Below are positions 28,611 through 36,208 of a DNA stretch of 64,000 nt, piece after piece. Source of the DNA: Acidobacteriota bacterium (lineage in GTDB: Bacteria > Acidobacteriota > UBA6911 > RPQK01 > JADFOI01); the NCBI GenBank assembly GCA_963663035.1, contig OY760074.1, forward strand, positions 2,720,001-2,784,000, written 5' to 3'. Both the position numbers and the translations under genes were made by a program. Position 1 is the stretch's first letter, and each line of letters begins with the position of its first letter. Under the pieces are notes generated by a model. It was not told the DNA's origin and did not search any database. It worked only from the letters and a program-made list of their open reading frames with translations.

Positions 28611-29108
28611 TCAATTATCCTTCCGTATCTTGATCGCTTCCTCAACGGCGGCTTCGAGATTCTTCTTAATCCAGTCGTATCGCTCTTTGCTGTTGCTTCC
28701 CGCTGGGTTGTAACACTTCACAATCGACGAGAGTTTTTTACCGCTGTTGCCGTGGGTGATGCTGGTGAACGGGTTGCTCCCTTTAGTCGCGATCTTGCCG
28801 CCCAGGTCTTTCAGGCCGTGCACATGGATGCCGACCACACCCATCCCATCGTCCCAGGACTCGACGATTTCGTGTTTAATCCATTTCCGACCAGCTGTGT
28901 TGCTGCCGACCAGAACCACCGTGCAGGACCGCCCGTGCATCTGGTCGGCAATCCACTTCTTGATAGCTGCGTCGCCACCTTTCGTGACGGTTTCCCAATC
29001 GTTGTCTGACACGGGGGTGTTTCCCTCGATCATCCCCATGTTCCTTACCTGCGCTGCGCGCGAGGCATCGGGCTTATAGTGAAAACTGAAAAACGCTTTA
29101 CGGGCCAT
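28611..29108 (-). CDS. TIR-domain protein (MTH538/DUF1863, ThsB-like)
   Basis: RKAFFSFHY, RAAQVRN, WIADQMHGRSCTVVLVG, RKWIKHEI (catalytic Glu position), GSNPF. Confidence 0.9.
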   Translation of the reverse strand: MARKAFFSFHYKPDASRAAQVRNMGMIEGNTPVSDNDWETVTKGGDAAIKKWIADQMHGRSCTVVLVGSNTAGRKWIKHEIVESWDDGMGVVGIHVHGLKDLGGKIATKGSNPFTSITHGNSGKKLSSIVKCYNPAGSNSKERYDWIKKNLEAAVEEAIKIRKDN

Positions 29109-29110
29109 TG

Positions 29111-29548
29111 TCAAACCTCCCCTACATCATCAGCAGCACCACAAAAGCAGCACCACAAAACAACAAACACAATTGTGACTGTGACGGTGATAGTACCGTG
29201 AAACAGGCGTAGCGTGTGCGACCAGGCAACGCTCCACTTCCCGTCTACACTTTCTTCAAACGGTTGAGTGTTCATCGAGAAATCGACCTGCTCCGCCTTC
29301 GCACCTCTGACGTGGTCGTAGAGCTTCCGAAACAGACGCTCTTGGCGCAAGAAATACGCATCAAGCGCCCAGAACATGAAGACCGGAAAGTAGGTCAGGA
29401 CCACAAAGAGCAAGTTGGTGCTGGCGGCGGCGAGCGCGAACAAGGCCGCAACCAACGTCACGTTCCAGCGCTTGATGAGGAACGAGTTGCTCGCCATTCT
29501 TGTGATGACCGCTTGGATCATCTGCAGGTGCGCGATCTTGGCTTCCAT
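29111..29548 (-). CDS. Membrane protein (about 3 TM), probable TIR-linked effector
   Basis: HLQMIQAVITRMASNSFLIK, FWALDAYFLRQERLFRKLY; RBS aagga before MEAK; stop 2 bp before the TIR ATG. Confidence 0.75.
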   Translation of the reverse strand: MEAKIAHLQMIQAVITRMASNSFLIKRWNVTLVAALFALAAASTNLLFVVLTYFPVFMFWALDAYFLRQERLFRKLYDHVRGAKAEQVDFSMNTQPFEESVDGKWSVAWSHTLRLFHGTITVTVTIVFVVLWCCFCGAADDVGEV

Positions 29549-29800
29549 GCCGTTCCTTTCGTCATCTGTCATGTTGCCCTGTTTTGATAAGACCCGCGCC
29601 CGCGCTTCAGCGCTCCGCTTATTTAAGGGGCCTTTCTCTGAGCCTTCCCGCAAGAGCCGAGGCCAGAAGGGAAGCGGCAAGTTACCGTAGGGGAGTTTGT
29701 TAATCTGCGCCCGCCACCATGACTAGCTTGTACGGACTATGCATGGGCCTTTCCGTCGGAACGCCACCGACAGCCCCGCGACCGCTTCGTCAGCACATCC

Positions 29801-30118
29801 TCAGCCGTTGCAAACCGGCTTCCACTTCTCGATCAGGTCGTCTTCCTCCGCACGACGCAGCCGCTCATCACTAGGAGTAGTGTGTGTATGGATGTGGGTT
29901 GCACTGTTTCGCGTGGCGCACGCCTCCTTTTCGTGATCGGCCAGACGCTCTGAGAGGCTGGAGGTCTGTCCAATGTACACAGGACGCCAGCTCCGTGGTG
30001 TTGTTTCCGCAGCATAGATGTAGTTACCGGGTTCATCCTTGAAATCCGCTCCAATCGGACAAATCCAATAGTCGTACGTCTTACCCGAACCGCCTTTCCA
30101 TTTGATGCTTTTAGCCAT
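29801..30118 (-). CDS. Small GIY-YIG nuclease-like protein
   Basis: PGNYIY...VYIGQT..L.ERL..H...E.DLI...P.CN pattern. Confidence 0.75.
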   Translation of the reverse strand: MAKSIKWKGGSGKTYDYWICPIGADFKDEPGNYIYAAETTPRSWRPVYIGQTSSLSERLADHEKEACATRNSATHIHTHTTPSDERLRRAEEDDLIEKWKPVCNG

Positions 30119-30133
30119 TGATCTCCCCTCTGA

Positions 30134-31513
30134 GAGCTACCCTCAAAAGGTGTGTAAATAGCACAGGCGGTGATTATCCTTCCGGGTGAAAATAAAAACC
30201 CGGGCGGAAGAGCCCGAAAGGAAGGAGTCACACCGCCATGAGCAAGAAGAACATTGATCACAGTGTGGAGTCAAGAGTCTGCTTTGAACAGCTGGAAGAG
30301 TGGGTGCGAGAGCAGATCCAGTTTTACGTACAGGAACTGCTGGAGGATGAAGTGACACAGCTGCTGGGACGAAGAAAGAATGAGCGTCGCCGAGAAGTGG
30401 ACGCCTCCGGTGGCTATCGCAACGGCTACGGCAAGGAGCGGCGACTGACGATGAGTTGCGGAACGATCAAGCTGCGGCGTCCCCGAGTGCGGGATCTGGA
30501 AGAGCGTTTTGAGAGCCGGGTCTTGCCGCTGTTTGCCAAGCGAACGCGAGAGGTACGAGACTTGATTCCAGAACTCTATTTACATGGTCTGGCCGAGGGG
30601 GATTTCGATCTGGCCTTGAGAGGGCTTTTAGGGGAAGAAGCGCCGCTGTCCCCCAGCACCGTAGCCCGGTTGAAACAGAAGTGGCAGGGAGAAATGGAGG
30701 CCTGGCAGAGCCGTCGGCTGGATGATCTGGAAGTCGTGTATTTGTGGGCGGACGGCGTGTACATCAAAGCAGGGCTGGAGAAGGAGAAGGCCGTGATTCT
30801 GGTAGTGATCGCCGCTTTAAGTGATGGCACTAAAGTGGTGGTGTCCGTCAGTAGTGGTTATCGAGAATCGACCCAGAGCTGGTCCGCAGTGCTGCGGGAT
30901 CTCAAAGAGCGGGGGATGAACCCACCCCGTCTGGTGATCGCTGACGGGCATCTGGGGATCTGGGGAGCGTTGCGCAACGTGTTCCCAGAAGCCGACGAGC
31001 AGAGATGCTGGAATCATCGCATCGTCAACTTGCTGGCCAAGATCCCCAAGAGTCGGCACAAAGCGGCCTTGTTGATGTTGCGGCAGATCCCTTATGCAGA
31101 AACACGGCAGGAAGCCGAGCGAGTCAAAGGACGATTCCAACATTGGTGTAGCAAGAGAGGCCTGGAGGCAGCGGCTGATCTGATCGACCAGGACTGGGAG
31201 CGGATGGTGACGTTTTACAACTATCCCAAACAGCAGTGGCAACATCTGCGGACTACCAACCCAGTGGAGTCTCCCTTCTCTGCTCTGCGACTGCGAACCG
31301 ATGCTGCTCGAAGGTTCAAGAAAGTGGCCAACGCACGGGCTGTCATCTGGAAGATGCTGCTGGTCGCTGAGAAGAGATTTCGCCGTTTGAAGGCTCCCCA
31401 CTTGATGAAGGATGTCTACCAAGGAGCCCAATATGTCAATGGAGTTCCAGTCAACCCAGTCACCCAGGAGAAAGCCGCCTGATGTCTATTTACACACTTA
31501 TTGACGGAACCTC
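30134..31513 (+). mobile_element. IS256-family insertion sequence
   Basis: 28-bp imperfect inverted repeats ending gtgtgtaaatag / ctatttacacac; no target duplication seen. Confidence 0.9.
30238..31482 (+). CDS. IS256-family (mutator-type) transposase
   Basis: YRNGY, LWADG, ESTQSW, IADG, QRCWNH, RTTNPVES. Confidence 0.95.
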   Translation: MSKKNIDHSVESRVCFEQLEEWVREQIQFYVQELLEDEVTQLLGRRKNERRREVDASGGYRNGYGKERRLTMSCGTIKLRRPRVRDLEERFESRVLPLFAKRTREVRDLIPELYLHGLAEGDFDLALRGLLGEEAPLSPSTVARLKQKWQGEMEAWQSRRLDDLEVVYLWADGVYIKAGLEKEKAVILVVIAALSDGTKVVVSVSSGYRESTQSWSAVLRDLKERGMNPPRLVIADGHLGIWGALRNVFPEADEQRCWNHRIVNLLAKIPKSRHKAALLMLRQIPYAETRQEAERVKGRFQHWCSKRGLEAAADLIDQDWERMVTFYNYPKQQWQHLRTTNPVESPFSALRLRTDAARRFKKVANARAVIWKMLLVAEKRFRRLKAPHLMKDVYQGAQYVNGVPVNPVTQEKAA

Positions 31514-31594
31514 TACTAGACCGTCTAAATATCTAGCTTAACTAGCCATCCCATAAGTTTAGGCGAAGCGTTGGGAGCATAGAGCCATCTTCCC

Positions 31595-31710
31595 TGATCG
31601 GCTTGGGTGAAGTGCCGACGCGCCTGGGGCGAGGTGTCTCGGATTGTTTGCACCGGTCCGGGCAGTTTACCGAGGGCTTCCCCGATGGAAATCAAGTCGT
31701 CCCTTGCCAC
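31595..31710 (-). pseudogene. repA: 5' stub of a second repA
   Basis: MARDDLISIGEAL...RDTSPQARRHFTQADQ aligns with the N-terminus of the repA at 28228 (GELVPIGEVV...RDASPQARRGFTVADQ). Confidence 0.75.
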
Positions 31711-31716
31711 CTAACG

Positions 31717-32145
31717 TCAAGGATTTTGGTACGTAAACCCAGCCTTCGTGATTTCCTCGCCGAAGGTTTCAAGCCATTCAATCAACAAGCCGTACACATT
31801 AACAGCAGCCTCGGCTACCTCTTTTGATTGATTGTTGGTGTAGGTATATCCGTGTTGCCACAACTGATGAACAATCCGGTTCCGCCTCTGATTGAGTTGT
31901 TGTAATTCGCCGACAAAAACTGCCTTGGGATAACCCTGATCTATCAGATACAGTCCGTATGCAGCAACAAGTTGGTTGAAAATCCCGCGTGGTTTATTGA
32001 CGCGTAGAAAGGCCCGAAGCAGAGCCTCAACTAAAGTGTGCACTAGCAGAAAGGCGTCCATGTAGCGGCCTTCGCTTAGCGCTTTTGCCGCAGCCTGCTC
32101 GTTGGCACGAACCACAAAGGAATAATCGGGTCTTTCCGTTACCAC
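31717..32145 (-). CDS. HEPN-like protein (RxxxxH motif), putative RNase
   Basis: All-helical, VEALLR and LNQRRNRIVH; GTG start with ggaggtgg RBS just after higA. Confidence 0.65.
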   Translation of the reverse strand: MVTERPDYSFVVRANEQAAAKALSEGRYMDAFLLVHTLVEALLRAFLRVNKPRGIFNQLVAAYGLYLIDQGYPKAVFVGELQQLNQRRNRIVHQLWQHGYTYTNNQSKEVAEAAVNVYGLLIEWLETFGEEITKAGFTYQNP

Positions 32146-32149
32146 CGAT

Positions 32150-32452
32150 TTATCGTGCCACCTCCAAGGTCTGGATTTTTGCGTAGTCTGTCGAGTGCTC
32201 ACGCTCAGCGTCCCACATGTCAATCGCCTTCTGCATGTTGACCCAGAGTGTCGGACCGTTGCCGAAGAGCTTCCCGATCCGGTGTGCCATGTCGGTGCTC
32301 ATCGGTCTTCGTCCTTGGCAAATCTCGTTAATGGTCCTGCGCCCGACACCGACAAGATCCGCCACCTGCCCCTGATTGAGTTCCCGAGCCTCGATCTCGC
32401 TCCGTAGCAACCTGCCTGGATGCGTCGGTCGCCTCTCCAGATTTCTAGCCAA
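32150..32452 (-). CDS. higA: HigA-family antitoxin
   Basis: PTHPGRLL, HTH, INEICQGRR, MAHRIGKLFG, WVNMQ; TTG start. Confidence 0.9.
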   Translation of the reverse strand: MARNLERRPTHPGRLLRSEIEARELNQGQVADLVGVGRRTINEICQGRRPMSTDMAHRIGKLFGNGPTLWVNMQKAIDMWDAEREHSTDYAKIQTLEVAR

Positions 32453-32469
32453 TGTCCCGCCCTCCGTTC

Positions 32470-32748
32470 TTAGTGATAATCTTCCAGGTCTACCTCTACG
32501 GCATCTCCCGCCTCGAATCTGAAGGTAATCCTCCAGTTCTTCGTCACGGTCATTCCCCACTCACCCTTTCGGTTGCCTTTCAGCGGGTGGGTGCCGAGCG
32601 TCAGGAGGTTCAAGTCTTCCACTTTCTCTGCTGCGGCCAATGCATCCAGAAGAAGTTCAACCCTGGACCTCCATTGAGGGTTGATCCTCCGGTAGTTTCC
32701 ATCTTCAAACGCCCTCCTAAGGACTTTAGAAGCGAAACTCTTGATCAC
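32470..32748 (-). CDS. higB: HigB-family (RelE-like) toxin
   Basis: MIKSF, HPLKGNRKG, NWRITFRF, VDLEDYH. Confidence 0.92.
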   Translation of the reverse strand: MIKSFASKVLRRAFEDGNYRRINPQWRSRVELLLDALAAAEKVEDLNLLTLGTHPLKGNRKGEWGMTVTKNWRITFRFEAGDAVEVDLEDYH

Positions 32749-32753
32749 AAAAG

Positions 32754-32780
32754 ATAGTGTAACATTAAATGTTACACTAT
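32754..32780. promoter_or_regulatory. Perfect palindrome, probable HigA operator
   Basis: atagtgtaacatt-a-aatgttacactat immediately upstream of higB. Confidence 0.75.
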
Positions 32781-32911
32781 AGTCGCCATCACCGGCTACG
32801 GCAGCCCGAGGATTATTTCGACATGTTCTACGTGGAAGGCCTTTAGGCTATGCGCTTGTCCTGGAACGAAATTCGTGCGGGCGAGGATCTGTTGGAGAAG
32901 GACGAGAACGC

Positions 32912-35749
32912 ATGAGTCACCCGCGCAACACGGAACCGCAAGCGAACGGTGCGCTGGCTCGTGCGCTGAGCCGACGAAATCCCGACTGGAATGATAGGAC
33001 TGTTCACGCCGAGCGGACCAACGTGATTCAGCAAGTTGCGCTAAGCACAGGAGCAGGCAAGAGGCCGGATATTCTCATCGACTCTCCTCGCCGCCAGCCG
33101 GTGATCTTGGAGACGGAGTTCGCCCCTGCACACACGGTTGATCAAGACGCGACCGCCAGACTGGGGACGAGCTTGCACAGCACCGGAGAGGAGATTGAAG
33201 GCGTGCTATCCGTTGTCCTGCCGGAGAGCCTCAAGACAGGCGACCTCGAAACCGTCGACAGAGCTGCGTTCCGATACGCAACGCACTACTTGGACTCCAA
33301 GGGAGATAGCATCCGCTGGCCGCCAGAGCGGGAGTGGCTTGAGGGGGGCGTGGACGATCTCGCGGATGCCATCGAGTACCTGTCCCTTTCGGAACGGCGA
33401 TTGGCTCGAGGGACGGAAGCCCTCGAACAAGTGGTGCGGAGCGCGGCGGAACTGCTAGCCGAGCACGCCGGAGAAGGCCCTCTGGAGCGGATCTCCAGAG
33501 ACTTGCATCAGGAAGCGGGCGAGCAAACCGAGCGCATGGCGGTGGCTATCTGCGTCTCGGCCTTTGTATTCCACGTGGCCATCGAAGGGCAGAAACACAT
33601 CCCGCCTGTTCCGTTAGCGGGCTTCATCGACAAGGGGAGGCTTCTGAGCACATGGAACGCGATTCTCGAAATTAACTACTGGCCGATCTTCAGCATTGCC
33701 TGTGACCTAGTGAAGGAATTACCAATCAAGGCTGTGCCGCCGGTCATGAACCGAATTGCGGAGTCCATCTCCGACTTGGCCCAGCTGGGTGCGACTACCT
33801 ATCACGACCTCACGGGGCGGATGTTTCAGACCCTCATCACAGATCGCAAGTTCCTCGCCACCTTCTACACATTGCCTGAATCTGCCTGCTTGCTCGCGGA
33901 ACTGGCGGTCGATCGGCTGGATGTGGACTGGTCGGACAGGGCCGCTATCGAAGGGCTGCGGATTGCGGACTTCGCCTGCGGCACAGGGGCCTTGCTCTCC
34001 GCTGCGCAGCGTGCAGTCTATCGGCGCTACCGCAGGGCTGGGGGCGATGATAAGGACTTGCATCGACCCCTGATGGAGCACGTTCTGACTGGGCTGGACG
34101 TCATGCCCGCCGCAACCCATCTCACCTGCTCCATGCTGTCCAGTGCCCACCCCTCGCTCGGCTACGGGGAATCACAGATCCACACAATGCCCTACGGCAT
34201 CGACGGCAACAGAACACACATCGGCGCACTCGACCTTCTCAATTCCAGCCATTCCTACTCCCTGTTCGCCACAGGCGAGTCCATGGGCGGAATGAAATCG
34301 AACAGCCGTAGTGGCCACTCCGTCACTATCAAGGATAAGTCCTGCGATCTGGTCATCATGAACCCCCCGTTCACGCGCCCCACGAACCACGAGGCCAGTC
34401 ATGCCGAGATACCGGTTCCATCGTTCGCTGGCTTCAATACGTCGCATGACGAGCAGCAAGCGATGCAACGGAAGCTCAAGAAAGCCACCACCTCCTTGTT
34501 CAGCAGCGGCCACGCCGGCCTTGCGTCGAACTTCATGGACTTGGGACACCGCAAGCTGAAAGATGGCGGCGTGCTGGCCCTAGTTATTCCGTTCGCTTTT
34601 GTCCGGGGCAAATCATGGAAAAAAGCGCGAGAGGCACTGAAGGCTCACTACAGCGACATTCATGTCACGTCCATTGCCGCTACCGGCTCGACGGCACGGG
34701 CATTTTCCGCGGACACTGGCATGGCCGAGTGCCTTGTCGTGGCGACGCGACGAAGTGGGAGCAACTCCTGTGCAGCGTACTCCAATCTACCGGCAAGACC
34801 CTCCTCTCTCCTTGAAGCCGCCGTAGGAGCGAAGACCGCAAGGGGCCAAACCGTGCAGGGCGATATTCTCGACACGGGTGTAGCGGGTGTCCGATCCACA
34901 AGCGTCATCGAGGCGGCCCGTGATTTGGAGGCAGGGAATCTGCGCCTGCCACGGCAGGCACAAGCGGTCAGATTACCCGTGGTGACGCTCGGCACCGTAG
35001 CAGCGCGCGGCCTTGTCCATAGAGACATCAACGGCGGTCCTACGGATCGCAAAAAGGAAGGCCTGGCGCAAGGCCCTTTCATCGTGCGTTCCATCCGCCC
35101 CGGTGAAGTGCCGACTTACCCGATGCTCTGGGCTCATTCCGCCGTCCGGGAGCGCAAGTTCGTAGTGCAGATCGACTCCTGCGGAGATCCCCGCCCGGGT
35201 GACGAAACGCGATCAGCCGAGCGTTGGAATCGAGCGGCATCTCGCCTGCACGCCAACCTGGACTTCCGGTTGAACTCCCAGAGCCTCGCCATGTGCCTCA
35301 CGCCAGAGAAGTGCCTCGGGGGCACGGCGTGGCCGAACATCAATTCCAGGGACGAGCGCCACGAGATTCCGCTGCTCCTGTGGGCCAACTCAACACTGGG
35401 TCTGATCTTATTTTGGTGGAAGGGCACGCGGCAGCAGGCGGGCCGTTCAAGGATGACGATCACAGCGATTCCCGATCTCCCCGTGCTCGACCCGCGCACC
35501 TTGACAGAGGGTCAGACGGATCACTGCCACGCGATCTTCGACGACTTGAAAGATCGCGAGTTCCTTCCCGCGAATGAAGCGTGGCGAGACGAGACGCGCA
35601 AGGATCTCGACCGCGAACTGCTGTTCGGAATCACGAGCGTGCTGCAACTCGACCGGGGCCTAGAGGAGGGGCTAGACCTGCTGCGGAAGCAGTGGTGTGC
35701 TGAGCCATCCGTCCACGGCGGGAAAGGTACTCGAATCGATGTGCCGTGA
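32912..35749 (+). CDS. Fused restriction endonuclease / N6-adenine methyltransferase (type IIG-like)
   Basis: N-terminal RPDILI...ILETEF nuclease-like motif, FYT, DFACGTG (motif I), IMNPPF (motif IV), C-terminal TRD-like region. Confidence 0.85.
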   Translation: MSHPRNTEPQANGALARALSRRNPDWNDRTVHAERTNVIQQVALSTGAGKRPDILIDSPRRQPVILETEFAPAHTVDQDATARLGTSLHSTGEEIEGVLSVVLPESLKTGDLETVDRAAFRYATHYLDSKGDSIRWPPEREWLEGGVDDLADAIEYLSLSERRLARGTEALEQVVRSAAELLAEHAGEGPLERISRDLHQEAGEQTERMAVAICVSAFVFHVAIEGQKHIPPVPLAGFIDKGRLLSTWNAILEINYWPIFSIACDLVKELPIKAVPPVMNRIAESISDLAQLGATTYHDLTGRMFQTLITDRKFLATFYTLPESACLLAELAVDRLDVDWSDRAAIEGLRIADFACGTGALLSAAQRAVYRRYRRAGGDDKDLHRPLMEHVLTGLDVMPAATHLTCSMLSSAHPSLGYGESQIHTMPYGIDGNRTHIGALDLLNSSHSYSLFATGESMGGMKSNSRSGHSVTIKDKSCDLVIMNPPFTRPTNHEASHAEIPVPSFAGFNTSHDEQQAMQRKLKKATTSLFSSGHAGLASNFMDLGHRKLKDGGVLALVIPFAFVRGKSWKKAREALKAHYSDIHVTSIAATGSTARAFSADTGMAECLVVATRRSGSNSCAAYSNLPARPSSLLEAAVGAKTARGQTVQGDILDTGVAGVRSTSVIEAARDLEAGNLRLPRQAQAVRLPVVTLGTVAARGLVHRDINGGPTDRKKEGLAQGPFIVRSIRPGEVPTYPMLWAHSAVRERKFVVQIDSCGDPRPGDETRSAERWNRAASRLHANLDFRLNSQSLAMCLTPEKCLGGTAWPNINSRDERHEIPLLLWANSTLGLILFWWKGTRQQAGRSRMTITAIPDLPVLDPRTLTEGQTDHCHAIFDDLKDREFLPANEAWRDETRKDLDRELLFGITSVLQLDRGLEEGLDLLRKQWCAEPSVHGGKGTRIDVP

Positions 35750-35850
35750 GGACCGGAGCTCCAAAGCCTCCCGAAGCGGAGCTTGTGAAAGGGGTCTCGA
35801 TTGACGGCTATTCGACGTTCCGGGCAACGCGGTTTTCGGAGCCGGTTTGA

Positions 35851-36208
35851 GGGGCCAAATTCGGGGTGTTTTTCATGCCGCTGGGGGCCGCTTATTTTTT
35901 GCCGCAGGGACAAAGGGGGGGGTACGGCATAAAAAAGCGTGGGGGTGGAACATCCCCACATTCCTTGAACTCTTTTGTTTTCCGTGGTTTGCCCCTACTA
36001 TTCGGCTTCCATAATGACGATACAGAAAAATCCGGGAAGACGATAGCGACCCCCCCCGAAACGGGGGTTCCTCCCGGCCCCGTGTAGCGGCGCGATGCGG
36101 CACGCCCCTACACCGGCCCCAGGGGGTCGCTATCGTCGGTATTTATCCCTGCGGGAAGGCTCGGAAAAGACGCCCCGGAGCGGCGTGGATTAAGCGGAGA
36201 ATGGCCCT
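35851..36208. other. Structured intergenic region, oriT/oriV candidate (copy 2)
   Basis: Same inverted repeats as 16321..16677. Confidence 0.45.

Noticed and set aside
23553-29791. Weak repeat gactatgcat...cagcccc...cttcgtc at 23553 and 29735
   Set aside because: Short, variably spaced and compatible with chance.
28560-32780. Integron cassette array
   Set aside because: No intI gene and no convincing attC structures between the small genes.
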